A stretch of 64,000 nucleotides of DNA. It comes from Nitrososphaerota archaeon. Its GTDB lineage: Archaea > Thermoproteota > EX4484-205 > JAAOZP01. This document shows, in pieces, positions 38,850 through 49,416 of this stretch. The translations under genes were made by a program, and so were the position numbers. The notes under the pieces are model-generated. The model had not been told where the DNA came from. It saw nothing but the letters and a program-made list of their open reading frames with translations, and did not search any database. Position 1 is the first letter of the stretch. Every line of letters starts with the position of its first letter. The DNA is taken from NCBI GenBank assembly GCA_011605725.1, contig JAAOZP010000014.1, forward strand, positions 64,001 through 128,000. Reading direction: 5' to 3'.

Positions 38850-39335
38850 TCAGCATGTTTTTTCTCCTGCTCTTATTGGCCATGCCCATCCGTAGCTGGT
38901 TCTCTCCACTCCTTTTTCCATTAGTTCTCTTAGAAGCTTCTCCTTTGAGTTTTGCAGGAAGCTTTTAGGGTCATGAAGGATTATGCCGTCTATCAGTGCG
39001 TCGATGATCCAGCCGCTTTTAGATTTAGTATGGGTTTCGAATTCCTCAGGGGTCATGTATATGGCTTGAACTATGCTCGGCAGCTTTAGCTCTGCAATAA
39101 GCTTTGAAGCCATTAGTATCCTCTCCTGGAGCTTCGGCAGTCCTTCTACCACAAGTATTAAATCGATATCGCTCTCCGCTGAGGAAAACGGTTTAGCTTT
39201 TCCCTTTGCCACCGAGCCGAATAATAAGATGCCCACTATTTTCTCTTTGAAAAGCTTTGAAATTTTCTCTATGTATTGCTCTACGAGTTCTCGATACTCC
39301 GAATCCCTAATCTTATCCAAGTTTTCCAGATGCAT
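38850..39335 (-). CDS. Minimal nucleotidyltransferase (MNT antitoxin)
   Basis: LFGSVAKG...SDIDL. Confidence 0.88.
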   Translation of the reverse strand: MHLENLDKIRDSEYRELVEQYIEKISKLFKEKIVGILLFGSVAKGKAKPFSSAESDIDLILVVEGLPKLQERILMASKLIAELKLPSIVQAIYMTPEEFETHTKSKSGWIIDALIDGIILHDPKSFLQNSKEKLLRELMEKGVERTSYGWAWPIRAGEKTC

Positions 39336-39840
39336 CGTCCACCAGGCTTCTTAACTGGCTAATCATGCCTGAGAGGTCTGGCGGCAAGTTCTTAAACTCG
39401 TTGAAGAATTTTACCACGCTGCTTAAGCCTTCCAATGTTGACCTTAAAAGCTCCTTAGCCACGTTCTCTACGTAGACCTCTGAGGGCATTATGATCCTCT
39501 CCTCCGTCTCCCAACCGTATCTCGGCATCGAACCCTGTGATTCAAGAGCCGAAGCATGGGAGACTGTGAGCGTCAGATGGGTTATTTGCTCCCTGCTTAG
39601 ATTAAGCTTTTTCATCCTCTCCTTGTCTGAAACAAGCCTTCCTATCAGGACGCTGGGGAAATGCGTTTTTTCAAACTCTATGCCCAAGAAGCTTAAGATC
39701 GATTTGCAAGCGTTTTCAACCGATAACTGGAATCTGAAAACAGCGTCCGGATAGTCACCCTCCAAGTATCTTGCTAAGCCTCTTCTTAGATCCTCTAGGC
39801 TCATTTTCAACCTGTCCCTAGCCTTGCTATAATTGTCCAA
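39313..39840 (-). CDS. HEPN domain protein
   Basis: AVFRFQLSVENACK, KTH, PRYG; overlaps the MNT gene. Confidence 0.85.
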   Translation of the reverse strand: MDNYSKARDRLKMSLEDLRRGLARYLEGDYPDAVFRFQLSVENACKSILSFLGIEFEKTHFPSVLIGRLVSDKERMKKLNLSREQITHLTLTVSHASALESQGSMPRYGWETEERIIMPSEVYVENVAKELLRSTLEGLSSVVKFFNEFKNLPPDLSGMISQLRSLVDDASGKLG

Positions 39841-40265
39841 CGAGGTGAGTGAAGCATAAAGAAGAATATAAAGTTTATGAAAAAAATTCCATGAGCACTA
39901 TATTCAGTAGGGTGGAGGAACTTGGCATCTCAGTCATCGACGCATTGAAGACAGATATGAGCAGCATGATAGATTTCACTACTCCAAGAAAATGAAGAAA
40001 ATCTGTAAGCGTGCACCATATACTGATTAACCTAAGATAATCAGGTTCATTTATACCTTAACAGTTAAGATGAAGGTGCATCCTTCTAGACAGGGTATCT
40101 TTATCGCGCTTTTTAATTCCTTCGACTAACAATAACGATTACTGTCTCCACCATCCCGTCTGTGCAATCATTTGAAAAACTAAGTTTGAATTCAACTTAT
40201 CTTTTCCTGATGTAAAAATTTACCGTATATGCTTAAAAGCCTCATGATGCCTACTTCTTAAGAGG

Positions 40266-40784
40266 TTGGTTAAGAAGAAGATAGTGGTGAAAGGCGAGAA
40301 GGTTCAGGATGTTGGCTACAGGCTTTTCCTTTTGGAAGCCGCAGAGTCCTTCGGCTTGAAGGGTTCTCAAGCTAGGAACATTGAAGACTATGTTGAGTTT
40401 CTCGTTGAGGGTACTGAAGACAGGGTTGCGGAATTCGTAGAGTATGCGAAGGCCAACTACCCGGAGCACGCTGTGGTTAGAGAAGTTGTTGTGGAGAGTT
40501 ATGGGGGGAGCGTCATGCCTATTGAAGTTTTCCACAGGGGCTTTGACACGAGTCAGCTGGTAAAGATTGTAGATGTTGGAGTAAGTATGCTGGAAAAGCA
40601 GAATAAGATGTTAGAGAAACAAGATTCCATGTTGGAAAAACAGGATTTGATGCTGGAGAAACAGGAGACCCTAATAGGCGAGGTTAGAAATCTTAGAGAG
40701 GATCTTAAAACCTACATGGATGAAAGGTTTCGAAAACTTGAGACGGAGGTAGCGAGGATAAAGGAGAAGATTGGAATAGTCTGA
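40266..40784 (+). CDS. Acylphosphatase-like domain fused to a coiled coil
   Basis: GEKVQDVGYR...RN motif; four MLEKQxx heptads. Confidence 0.75.
   Translation: MVKKKIVVKGEKVQDVGYRLFLLEAAESFGLKGSQARNIEDYVEFLVEGTEDRVAEFVEYAKANYPEHAVVREVVVESYGGSVMPIEVFHRGFDTSQLVKIVDVGVSMLEKQNKMLEKQDSMLEKQDLMLEKQETLIGEVRNLREDLKTYMDERFRKLETEVARIKEKIGIV
40587..40670 (+). repeat. Four imperfect 21-nt tandem repeats (MLEKQxx)
   Basis: ATGYTRGARAARCAR units read directly. Confidence 0.8.
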
Positions 40785-40899
40785 TCCGATTCCTTAAACA
40801 CGTATTTTCAAGTTTTAGAATAATGAGGCCAAAGGGCAGGGTAGATTATAGCGCGCGCCATGCTCTTCAAGGCCTCTATCTTCGCCTCATAAAACAATA

Positions 40900-41973
40900 A
40901 TGTCCGAACATACATCATTGTTGGATCTTAGGGCGGCTGCAAGCCATTATTCAAAAGCTCTGGAATCAGTTGCTCAAGCCAAGAAAAAGCTCGCGGAAGT
41001 CGTGATCAAGTACATCATAGCCAATGGGATAGACCTCGGGAAATGCACAGAACTCTCTATATCTGAGAATCTTGGTCTCCCCAGAAGCACGGTTCGGAGC
41101 ATCCTGCTCGACCTTGTTGAGGAGAAAGTACTGAAGGTCAGCGAATATGGTAATACTAAGCCCTACATGCTGAGCGAGATAGGGATTGGGATTGCCCTAG
41201 ACTGGATGGGCTTGAGTTTCACGAGGGCCGAAGTGAATGCACTCTTGGCTTCTAAGGAGGCAGAGGAGCTTAAAGGCATGCTGGTGGGTTCCCCGCTGAT
41301 ATTTAGCGAGGTCAATGGGAAGAGGATCGCTAGGTACCGGGGATTAGCAGCAGATCAGTGTCTTGGAACACTCATCGGAAGATTCTTTGAATACGTGGAA
41401 GAAGGTTTTTATGAGAAGCTCAGAAAGGCTTTCGGCGAAAAGACCCTGAGGGAATTGGAGCTCCTGAATCCTGAACTAATTGCCTTTGAAAGGCTCGTGG
41501 CTCCTCCCCCTATCGGCGAGTGGGCACGTGAAAAGCTTCAAGAATTAGATGATAATGCTTCTCCTGAAGATATCAGAAAAATCATCGTCGAATCATACGA
41601 GAAGAACCTGGAACACGTTATCCGGGAACTTGAAAAATTTGCCGCTGTCTTGGAAGAAATGGGCTATGAAAGGCTTCATAAACATTTCAAAGGAAAAGCA
41701 CCGTCTCGCGAGGTCCTGATTAAGGGGAAATCAGTGCCGGAGTACAGGTTTCACGACGAGTATCTCTGGGCCACAACTTTAGCACTTAGGGAAGGGTGTA
41801 AAATAGGGCAGAAGATAGGCGCGAATTCTGAACTCCTCAAGGAAGCATTGTTATTGGCTGGCGTTCTGGATATGGCCCTTGAGAATAGATACAGGGGAGC
41901 TGAAGCTGAAGGGCTTAGTCTAATGGAGTTGGGCACTAGGCAGTTGTCTCGGGAAACTAGTTCTTCTCCCTAG
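40900..41973 (+). CDS. Winged-helix domain protein
   Basis: ELSISENLGLPRSTVRSILLDL HTH followed by an unknown helical domain. Confidence 0.6.
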   Translation: MSEHTSLLDLRAAASHYSKALESVAQAKKKLAEVVIKYIIANGIDLGKCTELSISENLGLPRSTVRSILLDLVEEKVLKVSEYGNTKPYMLSEIGIGIALDWMGLSFTRAEVNALLASKEAEELKGMLVGSPLIFSEVNGKRIARYRGLAADQCLGTLIGRFFEYVEEGFYEKLRKAFGEKTLRELELLNPELIAFERLVAPPPIGEWAREKLQELDDNASPEDIRKIIVESYEKNLEHVIRELEKFAAVLEEMGYERLHKHFKGKAPSREVLIKGKSVPEYRFHDEYLWATTLALREGCKIGQKIGANSELLKEALLLAGVLDMALENRYRGAEAEGLSLMELGTRQLSRETSSSP

Positions 41974-42539
41974 ACGCCATGTTTGCAATAGAAGCCTCAG
42001 GGTTATCGCGCGCACTTCGAAGCAGAGGGTCATTCCTAGCAAGGAGATTAGCCAGGCATCATTGATGCCGCATATTAGTCGTGTTCAATAGCGCTCTCTT
42101 GCCACCACTGCCTTCCCGTCGGACTCGCTTTAATTGGCAGTATTACTTCGACAAGAGCTATGGTACTGATAGGTTTATTAGGCGAAGCCAGATTAGCTTT
42201 TACAGGCTGGTTTAAAGTGTCTGCGGCAGAGGAGTTTGTCGAGAAGTTTCTAAAGGATGCTGCCGGTTTCAAGAATCTGGATTACGTTTCGAAAATGATG
42301 TTTCTCTCCTTATTCATAACGCGTAAGGATGATCGTAGCCGCAGGGGGAGAAAGAGGAGGAATATGTTGAGAAAGGGTTAAGCATAGGCTTAATTCTAAA
42401 CCTTAACGCTTATGGAGGAATGTTTCTTCTGCTTTGCGAATTCTACGAATATACTCGGCTTATAACGTATATGCTTCAGTCGGCTTCGCGTTAAGGATTT
42501 GAAGAATGCTTAAATGCGTATTGCATAACCAGTTTATCA

Positions 42540-43535
42540 ATGGGATTTGAAGAATTGTTGAAACTGATAAGGACGCCTAACAAGGTTTCGAAGCTTGTTC
42601 TTTCAGCCTCTTACAAGAAGGGCGAGTTTGACAGCCATCTTGTTGACTGTCCATTCGTTTTTAAGCATGAGGGATGCTTCTACATGACTTATGTTGGATG
42701 GGACTCTATAGGGTATAGAACTGGTTTAGCCTCGTCGAATGATCTTATTCATTGGAGAAAAGAGGGAATGATAATAGATCGTGGGCCGAAGGGTTCACCA
42801 ACCGAGTTCAACGTCGCCTTGACATGGATTCTCCGCGACAACGATCTTTTCGGTGAAGGTTGCTTGAAGAAGGTTAACGGGGTTTTTATTGGAACATACC
42901 ATGCGTACCCTAAACCCGGCTATGAAGCAGGCTCTGCTGTGATAGGCTTGGCTTACAGTAAGGACTTGCGGCACTGGGTTCTTGACAAGCCTGTTCTCTA
43001 CCCTGATGAGGGTGGCGACTGGGAACAAGGAGGGCTTTATAAGTCCTGCCTGCTCGAACACGAAGGAGTCTACTACATGTTCTATAATGCTAAGAATAGG
43101 CCGGAGTGGCCTTGGGTTGAGCAAATAGGCTTAGCCACATCCCTGGACTTGAAGAAGTGGAAACGCTTCGAGAAAAACCCTGTGTTAACCATTGGGCGAA
43201 AAGGCTCTTTCGACGATGTTTTCGCCAGTGACCCGTGTGTCCTGAAGCATAATGGGTTTTGGATAATGTTCTACTACGGGCTTTCTAGTGACGGGCATGC
43301 TAGGAACAGTGTAGCTTTTTCCCGTGACCTTTTTAAATGGGAGAAGTCGGGGGAGATTCTTATAGACGTCGGCCCTAGGGGTGCTGTTGACGAGCTTTAC
43401 GCTCATAAGCCAAGCGTCATTTTTCGGAATGGGAAACTGTATCATTTCTACTGCGCGGTGACTCCGGCGGAAAACAGGAGAATGGGCGAGATAGAGTATC
43501 ACGAGATCAGGGGGATAACAGTTGCAACATCATGA
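42540..43535 (+). CDS. Five-bladed beta-propeller glycoside hydrolase (GH43/GH130/GH32 clan-like)
   Basis: Repeated GLAxSxDLxxW blades, NPVL, SDPCV. Confidence 0.75.
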   Translation: MGFEELLKLIRTPNKVSKLVLSASYKKGEFDSHLVDCPFVFKHEGCFYMTYVGWDSIGYRTGLASSNDLIHWRKEGMIIDRGPKGSPTEFNVALTWILRDNDLFGEGCLKKVNGVFIGTYHAYPKPGYEAGSAVIGLAYSKDLRHWVLDKPVLYPDEGGDWEQGGLYKSCLLEHEGVYYMFYNAKNRPEWPWVEQIGLATSLDLKKWKRFEKNPVLTIGRKGSFDDVFASDPCVLKHNGFWIMFYYGLSSDGHARNSVAFSRDLFKWEKSGEILIDVGPRGAVDELYAHKPSVIFRNGKLYHFYCAVTPAENRRMGEIEYHEIRGITVATS

Positions 43536-43607
43536 AGTGTTTGAAGCCTAATGTTCTGCTAAACAGTTTAACAATAATCGTGAATACTGTTGAGAACCTG
43601 TTCTGTT

Positions 43608-44534
43608 TTACTTTTTCTTCAACACTGACCTGCATGCTGCAAGGGTTAGGACCCATCCTGCGAGCCCAGCTATTACGGCAAGCAGGCTAAGCGCCAGGCT
43701 TAGCAGAAGGTTTATAGTGAACATGGCTGCGGCCAGTGAAAAACCTGGTTTTTCAAGCTTTCTACCGAGTTTGAAAAGCCCGGACACCAGTCCTGTTTGC
43801 CCCACGGCTAGTAGAGCAACCCCAGTCCAGAACAGTATTACTGGGATCGTTGAAACGGGTTTCCTGCTTGAAACCTCCATGGCGAACATTGCTACGGCTA
43901 TCAGGAGAAACGCGGGTCCGGTGCAGCTGATTTCAACAAGCGTTGAGGAGGCTCTGAAAGACGCATCATGCCTCTTAAGATATTCGAACGCTGGGAGAAG
44001 AAGGCCGTATTCTAATGCAAGAATCAATAACCCTCCGCCGACAGCCAGCAGGAAGAGCATGAGTATTGGTGCCGCGAGCAGAGAGTATTCTCCGAGAATG
44101 GTTTGAAGCATGAACCAGAGGCTTAGAGCCATGGTTATAGACTCGCTGGAAACGTTGAAACCGATAAGGGTCGTGAAGCCGGCGACGGACATTAGGATTA
44201 CTGTGCCGGCAAGAGGGGAGCCGACGACGTAAAGAGGAAGCATCCAGCCAAGCCTCTTAAGACCATTAGTAAGGTTCTCGTCAAGAATACTTTCTCCAGG
44301 CCTCCTGGTAATGTTTGCTAGGAAGCTCTCCGCCGACTCTGCCGGCTTGCTCACTGGCCCCGGTGTTTCAAGCCTAGTTAGAATAGCCCTAGGCTTTTTA
44401 AGGGAGATGCAGTCATGCACCTCCGGATCCATATGTTTTTCGCAAAAAACCCACTCGCACAGTGGGCAGGGCTTGCAGTCCTCACCCATCCTGCCGCAGA
44501 CATGACAGCGTTGCGACATATCCCATAATGGCAA
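43608..44534 (-). CDS. AN1-type zinc finger fused to a multi-pass membrane domain
   Basis: CHVC...CPLCEWVFCEKHMDPEVHDC, then about six TM helices. Confidence 0.7.
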   Translation of the reverse strand: MPLWDMSQRCHVCGRMGEDCKPCPLCEWVFCEKHMDPEVHDCISLKKPRAILTRLETPGPVSKPAESAESFLANITRRPGESILDENLTNGLKRLGWMLPLYVVGSPLAGTVILMSVAGFTTLIGFNVSSESITMALSLWFMLQTILGEYSLLAAPILMLFLLAVGGGLLILALEYGLLLPAFEYLKRHDASFRASSTLVEISCTGPAFLLIAVAMFAMEVSSRKPVSTIPVILFWTGVALLAVGQTGLVSGLFKLGRKLEKPGFSLAAAMFTINLLLSLALSLLAVIAGLAGWVLTLAACRSVLKKK

Positions 44535-44736
44535 TGTTTCAGGATAAAAATGTTTTCTTATGGGGGAATTCTTGAATATTAGTGCGCTTAAAAATATATT
44601 AAACGAAGTGTTATGTGAAGCTTAACAAGGATGGTGAAGAAAGGTTTAACCGTCTTAACGTATCGACGGGAAAGGAGATAGGCGTTTCTTATTGGGTAGG
44701 GAATCCAGGAATAAAGAGTCGCGCGAAGTATTAAAA

Positions 44737-46146
44737 CTATAGTTCGGCAAACCGTATTTTTTCATAGCTTGCTGCACCCTCCGTTACGAAAAGGCCTGCT
44801 GGCTTATCGTGAAGCCCGTAGGCCCGGCAGGATAGTGCAACACGTCCACCGATGAAGGCTTCCACAATACTGTCGTCAACAAAAATTAGGAGTGACACTG
44901 GTTTACCGGGTGTTAGAAACAACGGGCACTCGGCGAGAGGCGGCGCGTCACCCGCTCTTGGGAAACGGTTGAACACTACCCTGTTCCCAGCGGGCTCAAG
45001 CTCCAGCATATATCCGGAGGAGAAGTCTAAACTGGTTCCGACGAGTAGTCCGAAGGAGCGGGTACCCGGTTTAAAGGAGAATACGCCTTCCAGCGCGAAA
45101 CTGTTTTTCAGGCAGGGTATGGTGGCGTAGGCAAACCCGTCTAACCGTTCCCCGTACGCATTGTTCCCGTGAAACCTCCATCCGCCAAGCCTGCCTAAGA
45201 CGTTTCCCCGAGCATCTAGGTCTTTAAACTGAAATGCGCTCACAACTTCCTCTGGACAATGCGCGGAGAGGCTTCCATCAGCTTCAGCTCTCAACTCATG
45301 GGGAACAGCCAGATGCCCACCCCACTGCCATTTACCCTCGTCGCTTTCATTCTCTCTGGTCGGGATCCATCCGAATAGGATTCTTCTCCCCCCGTTTCCA
45401 GCTGTCTTCGCAGCGTAGAAACGCTGCCCGTTGAAAACATCCGGCACCGTTACGCGCCAAGGACCCTTTAAATCGTCAGCCACACGGTAATGCGTTTGAA
45501 GCTTCTCAGTGAACTCTGAGAAAACCAGGTACCAGTGTCCATCCATCTTGAATAAGTCTGGACACTCCATGGGGCCGCAAATATTCGGCGCGTAGAAAGG
45601 CGGTTGACACTCCCATTCCTCCAGGTCGCGGGATTTGGCAAGCCCGATGCATCCCCGCTTCGCCGCAGGCCCTTCTCTAGTGGTTGCGCAAACAAGCATG
45701 AAGTATAGTTCCTCCTCAGGGTTCCAGAACACGAACGGGTCTCTCCAGTCAGCCTCCCCATACCAGCGTTCATCAGGCACTGAAACCGGGTTATGCTCGT
45801 CCTTAACCCATTTCACAAGGTCATTGCTGACAGCGTGGCAAATCGTCTGCGGGAAACGGTTGCTCGGGTTCCACCCGGTGTAAAACGCGTGGAAAACACC
45901 ATTCCTCTCCACCACGGATCCAGTCCAGCATCCCCCGCTGTCGGGAGCATCTTTCTCACCGGGCAGGATAGCGTCAGGCATCTCTATCCAATGCAATAAG
46001 TCTTTTGAAACAATGTGCGACCAGACGAGGCGGTCGCCAGTTTTCCGCGTCGTCTTCAGATAGAAAACATGATAGCTGTCCTTCCAGTAGAAGGGTATGG
46101 CGTCGCCGAAAAACCCGTCGGCAGGCTTATAGTGAACATGCTTCAT
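44737..46146 (-). CDS. GH32 family glycoside hydrolase (beta-fructofuranosidase-like)
   Basis: FGDAIPF, WTGS, WRDP, ECPD catalytic motifs plus C-terminal beta-sandwich. Confidence 0.88.
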   Translation of the reverse strand: MKHVHYKPADGFFGDAIPFYWKDSYHVFYLKTTRKTGDRLVWSHIVSKDLLHWIEMPDAILPGEKDAPDSGGCWTGSVVERNGVFHAFYTGWNPSNRFPQTICHAVSNDLVKWVKDEHNPVSVPDERWYGEADWRDPFVFWNPEEELYFMLVCATTREGPAAKRGCIGLAKSRDLEEWECQPPFYAPNICGPMECPDLFKMDGHWYLVFSEFTEKLQTHYRVADDLKGPWRVTVPDVFNGQRFYAAKTAGNGGRRILFGWIPTRENESDEGKWQWGGHLAVPHELRAEADGSLSAHCPEEVVSAFQFKDLDARGNVLGRLGGWRFHGNNAYGERLDGFAYATIPCLKNSFALEGVFSFKPGTRSFGLLVGTSLDFSSGYMLELEPAGNRVVFNRFPRAGDAPPLAECPLFLTPGKPVSLLIFVDDSIVEAFIGGRVALSCRAYGLHDKPAGLFVTEGAASYEKIRFAEL

Positions 46147-46352
46147 ACTGCCGCCACCAGCCGTAGAAGAAACGTTTGACTCATATAAGTCTTGCAACAG
46201 GTCATCCAACTATCCTGACTCTTCTGAGAACCAGGGAGATTTTCAGGTCGATAAGACTATTCAAGACTGCGCGCGCAAACAGACATAGCTATAATAGAGA
46301 CAAATTTTTAGTCTGCTTCAATGCTTATATTCCGCTGCGAGGTTGCATCATC

Positions 46353-46886
46353 ATGGTTAGCGAAACAACCATAGTATGGTTGCTCAGAATCCTAACGATC
46401 ACGGTGGTTTTAATACCTATAGTTGTCAACTATTTCGCTTCAGAGTCGCTGCAGGATTTCATAGTGCCGGATTTAACCATTCCCTTAAGCTCAACTCTTA
46501 ACATTCCCCATTCTCTCCAAGTATACTCTATTGATTACAGCATTGCGGGGGACGAGTGTCTGTTAAACCTAGGATTATTCAATGCGGGAAGCATCGGAAT
46601 CGGTTTGAAAGAGCTTGACTGCAGGATAACAGTGGCCTCGATGAACATGAGTATTAGTGGGAGACTTGTGCTTCAATCACCGTTCATCGTGAAGCCAGCA
46701 GGCAGGGAAAGAGTAAGCCTCTCTCTGAGTGTGGAGAACGGTATTGTTGAGGATTTTCTCAGGCTACTCTCCCAAGAGTCTCAGGCAAGCCTCTTTGGAG
46801 AAGCCACTGTACTGCTGGATTCAGCTGAGCTTCCCATAAGCCTGGAGATAACAAGCCTTTCAACAGGCTTCCTTCCCCCAGGGTGA
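46353..46886 (+). CDS. Membrane-anchored protein with LEA/WHy-like beta domain
   Basis: N-terminal TM helix, then a beta-rich domain. Confidence 0.55.
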   Translation: MVSETTIVWLLRILTITVVLIPIVVNYFASESLQDFIVPDLTIPLSSTLNIPHSLQVYSIDYSIAGDECLLNLGLFNAGSIGIGLKELDCRITVASMNMSISGRLVLQSPFIVKPAGRERVSLSLSVENGIVEDFLRLLSQESQASLFGEATVLLDSAELPISLEITSLSTGFLPPG

Positions 46887-46892
46887 TCATGC

Positions 46893-47630
46893 TTGGAGAA
46901 GTTTAGAATACTCTATTTTATCAGCGGCATCTTGTTTCTGGCGGTGTCTGCAGCCGGAGGCTCCTGGTGGGAGCTTGTCGCAGGAGAAGCCTCTAAACCA
47001 GTTCTATACGTTGGGCTCTCGCCTTTCGAATTTAGGGTTGAGCTTCTCGGAGCACGAGCTGTCAACCCGTCTCCACTCATGAATGCTTTTTTCACTTCAG
47101 AAAGACTCCTCGCCCTCCTTGGGTCGGCTACGGTGATCATTGGCTCACTGCTCCCGGGGAAACCCTGGTCCCGGAGGCTTCTTAACCTCAGGCCTTTAAC
47201 GATGCCCGTGTTCTTCGGAATCCTGACTATTGCTTTAACCACGGTCCTAGCAACCTTTGTCCAAAGCTTCGCACCCTCCGTAGCCCAGGCTCTTCCAAAC
47301 CTAGCCGAGGCTTTAACGCCTTATTCAGGCAAATACTTAACCATCAACCTGTATCCGTTTACTGGTGTCAACGGCTCTGTGAAAATCAGCACAGAATCTA
47401 GGTTCACTGTCCAGTTTTGGACTGCCCTGGTTTCAGGCGTATTCTGTCTAGCAGGCTGGGTACTGGGTGGGAAAAAAGACTTGAGCCAAGCCTTGCCTCC
47501 ACAGCCTGAGCCCAGCGGGGCTCCGAATAAAGTTGAAAACCCTTCTAGCCTGCCAGCCCAGGAGCGGGAGGCTATTAGAGTAAAGGTGGAAACGCAGTTA
47601 GCAAGCGTACGCGGCATTAAAAATCCTTAA
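46893..47630 (+). CDS. Multi-pass membrane protein
   Basis: About four TM helices; 6 nt after previous gene. Confidence 0.6.
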   Translation: MEKFRILYFISGILFLAVSAAGGSWWELVAGEASKPVLYVGLSPFEFRVELLGARAVNPSPLMNAFFTSERLLALLGSATVIIGSLLPGKPWSRRLLNLRPLTMPVFFGILTIALTTVLATFVQSFAPSVAQALPNLAEALTPYSGKYLTINLYPFTGVNGSVKISTESRFTVQFWTALVSGVFCLAGWVLGGKKDLSQALPPQPEPSGAPNKVENPSSLPAQEREAIRVKVETQLASVRGIKNP

Positions 47631-47663
47631 AGCTTTTAAAACTCTTTTTAATCGTTAAGCCGA

Positions 47664-48143
47664 ATGTCTTTGAGACTAGACCCTGATAGTGCCCTCAACT
47701 GTTTGCCGCAGCCCCTTGTAATAGTTACTGCAGGAGACTTTGAGAAACCGGGTCAGAGAGGAGGAATGACTGCAGCATGGGTCAGCAGGGTGTCAATGAG
47801 CCCCCCGTTAATAATGGTTTCAATCGCCCCGTCAAGATACACTTTAGAGCTAATAAGGAGAAACGGGGAGTTCGCAGTCAACATTGTCGGGGAAACGCTT
47901 GAGAAGACTGCTTACGGCATATTCGGCTCCAGGACCGGCAGGGGGATAGATAAGATTGCTGAAAGCAGGGTTAAAGCTAGGAGAGGCGAGAAAACAGTGG
48001 TCCCGCTACTTGAGGAAGCAACCGTAGCGTTAGAGTGTAAGCTTGTGAAGACAGTGGAAGCAGGAGACCATGTTCTAGTAATAGGCGAGGTAGTGAACGC
48101 TTTAAAGTTCAGCGAGGAGCAGCCGATCGTCTTCACCCCCTAG
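47664..48143 (+). CDS. Flavin reductase family protein
   Basis: GMTAAW, SPPLIMVSI, FAVNI, GDHVLVIGEV. Confidence 0.9.
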   Translation: MSLRLDPDSALNCLPQPLVIVTAGDFEKPGQRGGMTAAWVSRVSMSPPLIMVSIAPSRYTLELIRRNGEFAVNIVGETLEKTAYGIFGSRTGRGIDKIAESRVKARRGEKTVVPLLEEATVALECKLVKTVEAGDHVLVIGEVVNALKFSEEQPIVFTP

Positions 48144-48223
48144 TCTAAGCATGTGATAAGGCCTGTGTCAAAAGCTTTTTGAAGCACCCTAAATTTATAA
48201 GCGTGTTTCGCCTGCTGAACAGC

Positions 48224-48891
48224 GTGCTGAAAATAGGCCACAGGGGTGCGAAATTCTACGAGCCGGAGAACACGCTGCGAAGCTTCAGGAAAGCATTGGA
48301 GCTTGGCGCGAATGCTGTTGAACTGGACGTTAGAAGAACAAGGGAGGTGAACTAGTGGTCATTCATGATGCTGAGGTTGACAGGACTACGAACGGGAAGG
48401 GGCTGGTGAGCGGGCTCACGCTGGAAGAGATAAGGAGCCTCGACGCTGGGAAAGGGGAGAAGATACCTACTTTAGAGGAAGTGCTCGACTTCCTGGATAA
48501 TAGGGTGAAGATACTGATAGAGCTTAAGGAGGCCGGTGTCGAGGAGAAAGTGTTGAAGCTTGTTCATGAAAAAGGGTTGGAGAAAAACGTGATAATAATA
48601 TCTTTCCTGGAGGATGCGTTAAGAAGGGTTAGGGAGCTTGACAAGGATGTTGAAACCGGGTTTATTTTCGTGAAGCACAATGACCCGGTGAAAACCGCCG
48701 TGGAGTTGAAGGCGAACTACCTGTTGCCACTGTACCGTTTCACACATTCCGATTTAATCAGAAAGTCGCATGAAAACGGTTTGAAAGTGATAGTTTGGAC
48801 GGTGAATGACGAGAAGGAGGCTTCAGAGTATGCGGGGAAAAGAGTTGACGGCATAACTAGCGATAAACCTGACATTCTTAAAGCATTATAG
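48224..48891 (+). CDS. Glycerophosphodiester phosphodiesterase, frameshifted near 48344
   Basis: IGHRGA...PENT...ELDV in the upstream frame joins GELVVIHD; IELK, VWTVN, ITSDKP. Confidence 0.85.
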
Positions 48892-48929
48892 GCGTCAGCG
48901 GAAGACTGGGTTTAGACAGGCTAGAGGGT

Positions 48930-49223
48930 TCATGCCTGACTAATGGGAAGAAGCTTCTCCACTCCCTCCACGAAACTGCTAGTCTCTATTCCAAACTCGT
49001 CAGCCATTTCTGAAACTATTAGCCTCTCTATGACTCTGGCTCCTGGACCATATATTTTCTCCAGGCCAGTGATGAATTCTCCCGGCTTATCAGGTATCTC
49101 CTCCCTCTTCAACCCTTGCTCGTTCTCAAGATACCAGTATAAGACTCGTTTAACAGTCTCCCCTAAACAGCGTAAACCATTATCCACGCATTTCAAAACC
49201 CTATCCCTAGGGGTTTCCATCAT
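48930..49223 (-). CDS. Small archaeal helical protein (DUF3227/NitrOD5-like)
   Basis: LGETVKRVLYWYLE...IPDKPGEFITGLEKIYGPGARVIE pattern. Confidence 0.6.
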   Translation of the reverse strand: MMETPRDRVLKCVDNGLRCLGETVKRVLYWYLENEQGLKREEIPDKPGEFITGLEKIYGPGARVIERLIVSEMADEFGIETSSFVEGVEKLLPISQA

Positions 49224-49416
49224 TTTTCAAGCTCACCTCTAAACCGTTTAAGGGAGAAACTCCTGCAGCCCGGGCCTCCGTCGCCAACGGCTAAGCCTAA
49301 AGCTTTAAGGTGCTTTAAAACATTAACCCTCGAGTTGGATTCGGGAAATCTTCAACCATGCTTTCCAAAACCTGTCGATATTGAAGCCTCTCCGGCTTAG
49401 GAGGCTGGCGTGCGCT

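Noticed and set aside
42014-42381. Short ORFs after the wHTH gene
   Set aside because: No recognisable family; probably a decayed fragment
35100-42500. Integrated mobile element or provirus
   Set aside because: No integrase, transposase, att repeat or viral hallmark gene seen
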